Assembly: GCA_050084985.1 (NCBI GenBank) | Contig: JBITNC010000001.1 | Span: forward strand, 184,140,001 to 184,204,000 | Direction of reading: 5' to 3' | DNA from: Nageia nagi | Taxonomy: Eukaryota > Plantae > Pinophyta | Length of the DNA stretch: 64,000 nucleotides | Shown: positions 53,601 through 64,000 of the stretch, piece by piece | Numbering within the stretch: the stretch's first letter is position 1 | Layout: the number at the start of each line of letters is the position of its first letter | Notes under the pieces: generated by a model | Database searches by the model: none | Told to the model about the DNA's origin: nothing | What the model saw: only the letters and a program-made list of their open reading frames with translations | Program-made: the position numbers and the translations under genes

Positions 53601-55671
53601 ACTATCTTCATCAGCATCTGAGAATTACGTTGCTAATTTTGTAGTACCAAAGAGTTATCTTTCACTTCTAAATTGATTTGACTCTTGTTGCGTAGAAGGT
53701 ACATCATTTTTGGATGCCTGCCTAAAATCCAAGCCTCTAGGTAACTCTACAGAACTTCGAATGGAATCTGAATTTATTCTCATTTGACAAGTTTGGCTGA
53801 ACTTGCATTTCTCTTCAAGAAAAGCCTCTCACAAATGAATATGATAATGGTCTCTTCCAATCCTGGTCCAACTTGCTTCTTTCTTAAATGAATCTCATAA
53901 TTTATGTTCAGCTATAACATTATTTTAAAATCTACCTTGCCAACCAATCCTGCATCATAAAGACAACCAAGATTACCATTTTTCACGTTTGAAACATACC
54001 CAAATATTCCAAACTCAATGAAAATTTATGGTGTACATTTCCTTCTTTGATATGGAAAACAAACAAGAACATACCTTTTGGATGCCTTTGTTGCTCATAT
54101 ATTTGCGATGACTACATGAGTGTGTTTGTTCATGAATCCTTCATATCTATTGATTAATGATTTCCCATGAACTATGATTGATGCTCAAAGGTAAACCCAC
54201 ATAGATGTTCAAGTGAGTTATAATTTTCAATTTATGAACAAAAGCTATGCAGTACAAATAGGTGATAATAGGCTACTTTCATACAACTTGATTGTATTTC
54301 AAGCAACAGCTACCAAATACACTAGGGATGATGTCATCCTTTAGCAATGTGAACCAACATCTTTCAATGTCTACACCCAAAGACTATTGCATTCTATGTT
54401 GCATAAAAAATTGTCATCTTTCATTCCCATCAATGCATTGGACAATGCCTGCCGATGTGTATGCATAACCCTTTCATTTGTGGATCTTACATTTCTAGAT
54501 CTTCTTGTTTAGGTAGCTCATTGAAGTTACAATGCTAAATGATACAATCCTTTGCTGCCATGTGTTTTGCCTAAATGAAGAACAACATCACCAATATAAC
54601 TAGTTGGTTATTAGTCCATCAGAAAGGAAATGGTTATGCTCAAAACTATGCCTAGAATTGGAAAAACTAAAATTCTTCTATTCATGACCTATATACAACT
54701 TGCAAAGGAGAAGAAGTTATGGGATAAAATGTCTCAAAGAGCATGACCACATATCAAGAAATCTCACCAAGTTCGATTATGATCAAATCGTTAGTTTGCC
54801 AAAAACCAAGCCATAGGGTATACTATTACAATCCATGTCAGAATCTATTTTCAGAAACAATACTTTGTGAAATGAATATTTTACCAATTCAGTAGTTTTT
54901 CAAATAAAGACAAGATTATCAAGGGCATATTTGAAAATTTGGAAACCAAGTGTGGTCTCTGCTACAAACTCTATACGTAGGCATTGGCCTTTACATAGAT
55001 TTTTTAGGATATATACAAAAAAGAGATTGGACTCCCATCTAGAAATTTGGATCCACTTCACTTGGGAATGAGCTTATTGAATTCATGCCAAAGAATCATT
55101 TCTATTTGCTTCTTAAACATCTTGATATGTTTATCTTTTGGTATAAGCCACAATGATTTAAAAAATATGGGGGTCAGTTCTTGGAGATTTCCTATTAATT
55201 GGATATTTTTTTGAAATTTGTACTTCTCATTGCTCCATAGTTTTGGATAATTGATATTCTAATCTAGTTATTTCGTTCCTCCAAGTAATAGCATATGTCT
55301 ACATCGTTACGATTTTATGCACTTTTTTGAATCCCGCTCTTTCTTTCTTAAGATGTTCTATTTGCAATGATGTTCTATAATTGATCATGTTTCTGCGGTG
55401 ATAAATACTAGGAGATAAAGCACTTGATGAATACACGTGAATTGATATGCATGATTGAAAGTGTTGTAGGTTGTTGAATAGCATAACTGTGAATTGAACT
55501 AGATATTTTTACGCTGCTGAATAACATGGGTATGAATTGAACTAGATATTGAATGTTTTGTAGGTTACGTACTACATAAACTTATGAATCCCTCATATCC
55601 ATTGATCACTGGCTTCCCCTACACTATGACTAATTCATGGAGGAAACCTCGCATGGATGTTCAAGTGAGTT
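50649..55671 (+). other. Candidate spliced locus (pseudogene or lncRNA) with short duplicated exon-like blocks
   Basis: Plus-strand acceptors with pyrimidine tracts (50817, 52542, 52670, 55563) and donors (GTAAGC 50664, GTAAGT 51366, GTGAGT 54213 and 55666). No continuous reading frame could be assembled. Confidence 0.3.
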
Positions 55672-57635
55672 AGGATTAAGCAATAAAAATTCTACCTATG
55701 CAGTGCATAAAGGTGAAAATAGGCTAGTTTCATCCAACTGGATTGCATTTCAAGCAAGGAATACCAAATGCACTAGGAATGATGTGTGAAACCAAACCTA
55801 CATGGATGTTCAAGCGCGTTTGAAGATATAAATAAATAGTTTATATCTGTAGTGGATAAAGGGTAATAGGTTAATCTCATCCAAAATGATTGAATTTCAG
55901 AAGATACCACACATTCATGATCTAGGACAGAAGATAGAGAAAACAAAAACATTTTCTATGTGAAAATATGCATCAAAGAGGGTGTCTAAGATCAAAGAAT
56001 CCTAATTTAGGACTCCATAGGGTATAGCTGGTTACATGAAGTTTTATGATTGTAGGTAAGATGCATGAACTAAATGTGTATAATATTTTTGGTGAAAATA
56101 TTATTCAAATTTATGTGCCTGTATTTGAATGTGAGCTTCAACGGGAAAGGCAGGCAAGCGGAGTATTAAGAGAGAATCATAGGACTTAGACAAAATGCCC
56201 TTTTAATTACCATGATATATACGTTTCTTCTCCCACTAAGAAAAGGAAAGCATTGAATGAAAACGAATCAAAACATCGGGGCATATTTCGAGTATAGAAC
56301 TCGGGACCTCTCGCACCAAAGCGAGAATCATACCACTAGACGAAATGCCCTGGATGCAAATTGTTTCTTTATCTCTCAAAATTGGTTAATAAAGAATCGA
56401 CACAAGAAAAAAGAGGAGGACATTTACTAAATTAATATGTTTTTTTTCAAAAGAAAATGCAGACAAGTGAATCCGACAATCATTACCACTCATTACAACT
56501 ATAGACCAAACACCCTTCTCTGACATAATGAGAAGTAAGCGTATGACAATCAAAAGGGAACACAAGTAGAAGGCCAACACTGCTACTCTTTGAATAGAAT
56601 TGAAGACTAGGAGAAGTAAGCATATCTCAGTAATAAGTATGGGATGGATAATCTTCAAATGCAAGTTAATAATAAAGCTTTTTGCATTGCATCTTTCTGC
56701 ATACGGGCTCATATTATAAGGAGGGATTCATCAATATATTGCTTCTCCTTCTAAAGCTTTCTGTTCTAGGAAAGTTAGTTATACTTCAACACATGCTTGA
56801 GAGACTCGAGAGACAGCTCGAGTGAGTCCGGATTTGAGGTGATGGTGATATTTGATAATGGTCCTTATGAAGAATGAGGGCATTTTTTTCTCATTTTGGC
56901 AAATGAATTCAAGCAAGCTCAACAAGAGAAGCAACAACAACAAAAATCTTCTTTCTCTATGGATGATTTTGAAAATCTAATGGAGTTAGCACTAGGAAGA
57001 GACATGGGTATAAGAAAAGGTAAAAGAATCCACAAAGGCAGAAAAGGAAATTAGATTTATTCCAGAGCAAAGGGCAAGGGAATTGCAAAATATTGAAGCA
57101 TTGTATATCATGAATCATGACACATTTTATAATCTACACATTTTTTTATGCTATAAACAATAAAAGAGTATACACTTTCATCTTCATAATATTTTTATTA
57201 ATTAAAAATTTTTATCACTTACATCAGTATTTTTTATTTTTATAATGTTGATTAATTGTAATAATGATATGTATGAAAAAATCAATAAAAAATTATATTT
57301 TTTGAAGTGTATTACCAATTCAAACTAAATTCAAGTTTTTTAACTGTACTTCTAACATAGATTAGATGACCATTTAATCACCAAATAAAAAAGAAAAAAA
57401 TATAAAGAATGCATTTTGAAATAATTTAAATTATTTTGAACCTTGAAATCATGGAATGTAGAATTTCTATCTAGTTGATCTGATGAGTTGAAACATTAAT
57501 TCTCCATATAACTCTAACTTCTATGAGTTTTAGATGTATCATATTTTTGAGAAACACACATTTGAACCAAATTTTATTCCCAAACCTCAAGCTGTAGCAT
57601 TGATTTGGATTTTGAGAGGCAACACCATACCTTGT
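51990..57635. repeat. Local low-copy duplicated modules
   Basis: 51990-52345 matches 57362-57635; 52265-52900 matches 53490-54120; 54130-54335 matches 55583-55785 and 55793-55910; 53312-53450 matches 56147-56278 plus 56770-56795. Confidence 0.85.
56278..56350 (-). tRNA. tRNA-Pro(UGG)-derived gene, probably a pseudogene
   Basis: The minus strand reads GGGCATTTCGTCTAGTGGTATGATTCTCGCTTTGGTGCGAGAGGTCCCGAGTTCTATACTCGAAATATGCCCC. This is the plant cytosolic tRNA-Pro pattern, but with a 6-nt anticodon loop, an altered T-loop/B-box and acceptor/D-stem defects. TTTT runs lie downstream. Confidence 0.88.
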
Positions 57636-58720
57636 GTTTAATTTTACATACAAAAATTAAAGAGGATTACATAACTATATTACAAGAATCTTTGTTGAAT
57701 CTCAATACTAGAAGTTCGCAAATATGCAAGAGATGGGCCTGACTCTGTTTTGCTGCTTAAATGACAACCTACTGTGTGACTCCATGCGACAGCTGAGACT
57801 CAATAATCACACATCCAAATGAGATAAAGCTTTGAACATAACTTCTTAAGAGTACAAACCTTAGTTTTGTTCCACATGGCTATATGTCTGAACAGAAAGG
57901 CGTAAACGAGACATTGAGGTAGAGTTTGGCATTCATTGTTTGTTTTTTTTCAACAAAAAAAACTACCTCAAATATTAATAGTTTGACATTAATTATTTAT
58001 TTAAGCTGATGGATGAAACACTATACTTGATAGTCAATATTATTGATAAATATCTCTCTAGGGAACTGGTGATGACAAAATATTTATAACTTGTTGAGTT
58101 ACTACTAAATATCTCTCTTTATGTGTAGATACCAATAGTATTCCACTCTGATAGAAGTCCTTAGTTAGAGATGGCCAAATCTTCTAGTCGTGGTTTGTTC
58201 AGCCACAACATCTTGATAACTATTGAATTTTGTGTCAACTTGATTGATTGGTTTTTAGTACAGAAGTATCATAGTCTAGTAGTCCAACAATAATACAAAA
58301 GTAACAAAAAGTCCTCAATCCTTCAGCTCTCCCCAGTCCCACCTTATGCTATATAGTGGAATCCTTCATGTTTGCCATTGACTTTATTTTATATATCTTA
58401 GGAGATTTATGCCTCTTCCTTTTCCTAGTAATAAATTAAATATGACAGAAGCCCTTATCCTCACCCACATGATATTTAATGCTCACTCTGTCTAAGTTTA
58501 ATTGTTTAAATATTTAAATAGTAGTTAGATTATCTAACCATTAGTTATCAAAGCATCACTTTTTTATGATTTTAATACACGTTTATTCATCATTTTATTT
58601 TTTGGAAATAATATTTTTTATTAATTTTTTAATGTATATATATATTTTTTATATAATATATTTTTATTGGTTTTTAATTATTTAAAATCTATTGTAAATT
58701 ATTTATTTTATTACATTTTT

Positions 58721-59185
58721 AAAATAATATTTTAAAAGATGATAAAATTTGAAACATTTAAATTTTGAACAAATAATAATAAATAAGATAAACAAGATAC
58801 AATTTCATAATACATAAATAATAAAAATAAGATAATAAAGATAACAAATAAATCATATTTTAAATTATCAATTTAGAATGATAATAAATATTCATACATT
58901 ATTTTTTAAAACTTGTAATTTTAATTTTAAATATATATCTTCTCATTGGTTCTTAGTAATTAATTTTTTTTGTATATTATCTACTTTATTATATTTTCTA
59001 AAATAATATTTTAAAAGATAATAAATTTTGAAACATTTAAATTTTGAACAAATCATAATAAATAAATAAGATACAATTCATATTTAATAAAAAATAACAA
59101 ATAAATCTATTTTAAATTATCAATTTAGAATGATAATAAATATTCACACATTATTTTTTAAAACTTGTAATTTTATTTTTAAATA
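58721..59185. repeat. AT-rich direct duplication (~280-bp offset)
   Basis: aaaataatattttaaaagat...gaaacatttaaattttgaacaaat occurs at ~58721 and ~59000. Confidence 0.8.
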
Positions 59186-59513
59186 TTTGTATATATGTTA
59201 GATTTAAGTTAAAACTTATTTTATGGATAAGCTAATTCTACATAAAATTATGAATATAATTAAAATTTCATTTTTTTAAATAGTGTTTTATTTTTCTATC
59301 AAGTGAAAAAAGTTAAATTTCAAATCTTAATTTTTACATAAATTTATTATACATTTGTTACTTATGTATGATTATTATTACAATATTAAAGATAAGATCA
59401 TTGTTTTAGTTGATTATCTTTATAAAGCATTAATTCTTTTTTTAAATAGTAAAATGGTAATGAATTTGAATTTATGTAATATCTTAACAAAAGATTTTAA
59501 AGTGGTTAATTTT

Positions 59514-60076
59514 AGGGAAGAAGGGGGGGTGAAGGGAAAGAAAGGGTAAGGGATGAGGGAGAGAGGGTGTGAGAGGAAGAGGAAGTGGAAGATGGCAGGG
59601 AGAGAGAGTGGAGGGGAATGGGTAGGAGAGAGAGTGGGGCAAAAGGAGAGGCGATAAGAGGGGAGGCAAATAAAGGGAGGTAATGAGGGAGAGGGAGATA
59701 GGAGGAGAAAGAGAGAGAGAGAGTGGGGGAGAGGGGAGGAGTGAAGGAGAGAGCTGATAAGAGGGAGAGGTAAAGAAAGGGAGATGAGGGAGGAAGAGAA
59801 ACGACAAGGGGGAGGGAAACATGGGGGAGGAGGAAGGTGGTGAGGGGAGGGGGAGAAGGATGTAAGTAGGGAGAGTGGGGGATAAGAAGAGGATAGAGGG
59901 AAGGGTAAAGGCAAGTGAAAAGGGAGGTGGAGAATGTAAGAGAAGGGAGAGGAAGAGGGGCAACGAGGTAAGAGAGCAAAGTGAGGATATGGGGATAGGG
60001 AGATAGAGGGAGAGTGGAGGGGGTGAGAAGAGTGTGGAGAGGAAGAGAGAGGAAAAGTGGAGGGGGTGGTATGGGA
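59514..60076. repeat. GA-rich polypurine low-complexity tract
   Basis: About 560 bp that are mostly G/A on the plus strand, with many G3-G7 runs. Confidence 0.95.
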
Positions 60077-60538
60077 TGAAAAAATTAACCCTTTCTTAAT
60101 TAACTTCTACTCTACCAAGATCTCAAGAAGGCACTTTCAACATCAACATAATAGCATAATAACTAAATCTAATCATACAAATAACATAAGATATAAAATG
60201 CTTCTTCCCTCCTTGGAAGTACATCCACTAACTAAGATTTTATTCTCAAAAACCTCTCTTACAAAATGTTTTCTCTCTCACACACTCTAAACCTATAGCA
60301 AAGCTTTCATTACAATTGTGTAACTAAGAAAGGGAGGGTTCTTCTCTTTTTATAAGAAAAAACCCACTCTATAATTAATCATTTTTCTATTTTTAATCTT
60401 ATACCTATTTTTAATGCTTCTCCTATTTTTATTTTTTTAATACTTTAAAATATCTAATGATACTTTAAGTATTAAGTGAATTTACATTAAGAAGAAATAT
60501 TACTCAATATTACATTACAAATTTTAACACTCTCCCTT
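60077..60538 (-). mobile_element. LTR (TG...CA, 60077-60529) with adjoining PPT
   Basis: tgaaaaaatt...aattttaaca is followed by ctctccctt (AAGGGAGAG on minus). Confidence 0.75.
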
Positions 60539-60644
60539 AATGTAATATTAAGATAGAGCATAGAGAGAAGAAAAAAGAGTAAGAGAGAGTTCTCCTCTGA
60601 AGAGATACAAGCAAAGATAAGAATATTTACATTATTAAAAAATA

Positions 60645-60826
60645 AGTAAGATCTTAGTTAATAAATGTACTCTCAAGGAGAGAAGAACCATTTTATATCT
60701 TATGTTATTTGTGTGATTGGATTTAATTATTATGCTATTGTGTTGATATTGAAAGTACCTTCTTGAGATCTTGATAGAGTACAAGTTAATTCAGAAAGGG
60801 TTAATTTTTTTAAATGGTATCAGAGC
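60645..60826 (+). mobile_element. Partial LTR of the same family in the opposite orientation, followed by a tRNA-iMet PBS
   Basis: 60645-60812 is the reverse complement of ~60077-60242. TGGTATCAGAGC is at 60815-60826. Confidence 0.8.
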
Positions 60827-61417
60827 TTTTCTTGGAGGCTTCTCTTCAACATCCGTGAAGGTCTATTCTTTCTCTTTATCCATCTACTTTGTTGAGGTTA
60901 AAGGGTTTGAAGGTATAATCTTCTACCTCTTCTTTGTTAAATTTTACTTTTATTACTAACATTTTTTGGTTCCATGAGGATGAGGTTAAGGATAATAAAA
61001 TTTGATTAAAGTAGATAATATATCATTATACTAATATGTTAGTTTACTTTATGTTATTGTTATGCATTATTTTAATTTATCAGTTACAATTTTTTATATG
61101 AAATTTCTTAATATGTAGCAATAATATGTTTTAAGTAAATTTACTTAAATTTAGCAATAACATGTTATTATAGCTTAAATTTGTAAATTTTTACTTAATG
61201 TAGAACTCGGTAAAATTTTTGCAAATCTTTTTATTTATAATGCTAAAAATAAAATATATTTTTTGTATAGTTTGTACAAAATTATATTTTTATAGTTTAT
61301 TAAACAAACTATTTTTATATATTATTAAAAAAATAGATTTTTTATTTTATATTTCTATTTTTTATATTAAAAAATAGTTTTTATTTTCATATATAAATTT
61401 TTTTTTTATATATATAT

Positions 61418-61671
61418 CATAGCCCTAAGGGGTGCATGGTTGATCGGGGGTGCACATAGCTTGTGGGTTATCCACCCTAAGGGGCACGCACATAGCCTAT
61501 GGGCTGGTCACCCTAAGGGGCATGCATAGCTTATGGGTTGGCTACCCCAAATGGCATCACCTGACGTTAGTCATCCCAAGGGGCCCACACAACCATGGGC
61601 TAGCCACCCTAAAGGGTGCACATAGCCCTAGGATGGCTACCCCAAGGGGCATGCATAGCCATGGGCTAGCC
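61418..61671. repeat. GC-rich minisatellite, ~36-bp unit
   Basis: Variants of catagccatgggctagccaccctaaggggtgca recur. Confidence 0.85.
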
Positions 61672-61687
61672 GTTTATGGTTTTTTAA

Positions 61688-61692
<5 letters not shown>

Positions 61693-61753
<61 letters not shown>
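61693..61753. repeat. (TA)n microsatellite
   Basis: Perfect TA run. Confidence 0.99.
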
Positions 61754-61756
<3 letters not shown>

Positions 61757-63249
61757 ATTAAAAAAAAGATAACCTTATGTAAAAAAAAACCTGTTAAACC
61801 CTACCCTGCTAACATAAAAAGGAGGATTACTTTTTTAAATAAAAAATGGGTAATTTTCTTTAAAAAAAGAGGGGGAGATTTGTTTATCTTTTTCTTAAAA
61901 AATGGGGAGTTCTTTTTTTTTTAAGTATTATTTTTTAAGGGAATCTTGCTATTTTTTTTTAAAAAATGAGGAATTATTTTTAAGAATGATTATTATAATC
62001 TTTTTTAGTATTTCTTTATTTGCTATTTTTACCTTAAGTACAAGTTATTTTAAGAAATTTTTTACAATACTTTTAAGATAAAAAGTGAAATTAATTAATC
62101 ATGCATAGATTAAGGTTAATTAATTATGCTTGGGTTAATGTTAATTAATATTATTTTATCTTAATACATATTTATTGCATACATGTGGTTGGATAAAAGT
62201 TCATTTAAATACTTGCTTATGAATGTTATGTTAATTTACAAATAAAGAACTATTTTAAGTCCATTTTTTAAGTAACAAAGGGAAGAATTTCTTATTTTTA
62301 TAATGAATTTTTGTAAAGAGATCCATTAAGGGTTGTAATGAAATCCATTAGACTCTTAAGCTCATTTATTATTATTTAAAATTAATGAACCTTATGTAAA
62401 GAGATCCATTAAAGGTTATACCAAAATGCATTGAACTCTTTGGTTCATACTTATGGATGATGAGGGATGTAGTTTCATTTTTCAAAAGCATTTTATTTAT
62501 TTTGCACTTTTACTTTCTATACAAAGTATGCAAATATTAAAAATTTGCTTCCTCCTAAAATGAACACATCTGCATATTTTTTTTGCAGCATGACTTGTTT
62601 AAGGAGCCATAAGATGAGGATAAGGTGGATTGGAGCCTTTTAATTCTATGATTCAAGTAGTAAAAAATTTGTACTTCTTAATTTTCTTTAAGTCCTCTAT
62701 TAGTCTAGATTTAACTCTATATAAATAGATAGATATGTGTGTAGTGATAACACATGTTCGCTTGTCCATTCAAAGATTATCTTGATAACATAGAAAGAAA
62801 ATTAAAAATTTAATCAAGATAATTAATTTGATTGAGTTAACATACATCACAACCTTAGAAAATAGTTAGTACTTATCTTTGTGAGAGTATATCATTGTCC
62901 AATGTGAACTTATTGAGGATTGGTAGGACTTGGGCTCCTTGAGGGCATTTGGGTAAAGGCCTAATTTATAAAAAAATAACTTCAACTATTCTCTCCCTTG
63001 AGTGATATTTAATGATGATAAAATGTGGGATATATAGATATTTGATCACACACATGTTGATTATCTTTACTCATGTAAAGATTTAGTTTACAATAATGAT
63101 GCATATATTTTAATGATTTTTTATGAATTATGATGAAAATATGCATATTAGTTTATATAATTATGAATTTTTTTCTTCTTATATCCTTAGTTGGATGAAA
63201 ATTCTTAGTAGATAATAATAGTGCACTTGATGATATTCATAGTTATAAA

Positions 63250-63440
63250 TTTTTAATGGAGTAGTTAAAAGGTTCACCCTTCTCCATAGTGGTAAAGTTT
63301 TGATGGAGTGGTTAAAAAGGTTTACCCTTCTCCATGGTTAAAAATTTGATAAAATGGTTAAAAAAGTTCACCCTTCTCCATGGTTGAAAATTTTATGGAG
63401 TGGTTCACCCCTTCTCAATAATTGAAAAGGTTCACCTTAT
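63250..63440. repeat. Minisatellite, ~42-bp unit, ~4-5 copies
   Basis: Variants of aaaaggttcacccttctccatggtt...atggagtggtt recur. Confidence 0.85.
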
Positions 63441-64000
63441 GCCACTTTACTTCTATGAGTAGGAAGTTTATTCCTTATGGATAAATACTAATTTACTTCT
63501 GTTACTAAGAAGTGTATTTATGCATTGATGAAAGTTGAATATTTGTTAATAGATTAATGCTACCTTCATCTATCATTTTCATCTTAACTAGTAACATGTT
63601 CAAGTTAATATTATTTATGATTTATACATCTCTATAGAGAAGTTAACTTATGGCTTTCGATAGTTAAGATGTCATAGTCAAGTAAATCTTATCTTATGAT
63701 ATAGTAAATAAGGCTTTTAATTAGAGGCTTTTGTATTTCATTTAATTTTATGATCAAAATGCCTTAATATTTGACTTATATTTAGAACTCCCCTCATGAA
63801 TGGTGCATTAGTTATTAGAGATAATGTAATGACTATGAGTTTAAAAGTTGGTAAAGGTAATTCATTTGACCTTTTTAAAAATATGCATAACCATATTTTA
63901 GATAAATAATTTTTTATGATAGTATATATATGTGAGAAAGATAGAGAAATAACTAAAACTAAACCTTATTAACTTGTGCATTCATATTTAAGGGGTCAAT

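Noticed and set aside
59420-59979. Three overlapping 155-164 aa Pro/Ser/Leu-rich ORFs
   Set aside because: They are an artefact of the pyrimidine-rich strand lacking stop codons. All three frames are open.
61418-63440. CRISPR-like arrays
   Set aside because: The units are degenerate tandem copies without unique spacers, the context is eukaryotic, and no cas genes are present.

Overview
AT-rich land-plant nuclear DNA; a gymnosperm-like origin is a weak inference. Positions ~1-48.6 kb are a nest of old, degenerate transposons. It holds two related minus-strand Ty1/Copia copies that share the same flank, a gag-only Tat/Ogre-like LTR element inserted into the integrase of the second Copia, and a probable CACTA-like remnant with (CCCTAA)n repeats. 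It also holds a plus-strand Ty3/Gypsy gag interrupted by a truncated chromovirus-like element, and a ~16.7 kb minus-strand Tat/Ogre element (gag-PR-G-patch-RT-RH-aRH-INT) carrying an antisense Plant Mobile Domain ORF remnant. A 1.66 kb tandem duplication follows. From ~49 to 58 kb CpG reappears. This island has a motif-rich Pol II-type promoter, duplicated exon-like modules, a degenerate tRNA-Pro and two tRNA-Pro 5'-half derivatives. The last 6 kb hold a polypurine tract, an inverted pair of Copia-type LTRs, minisatellites and (TA)n. No intact protein-coding gene could be demonstrated. All alignments and translations were done by eye, so boundaries are approximate.
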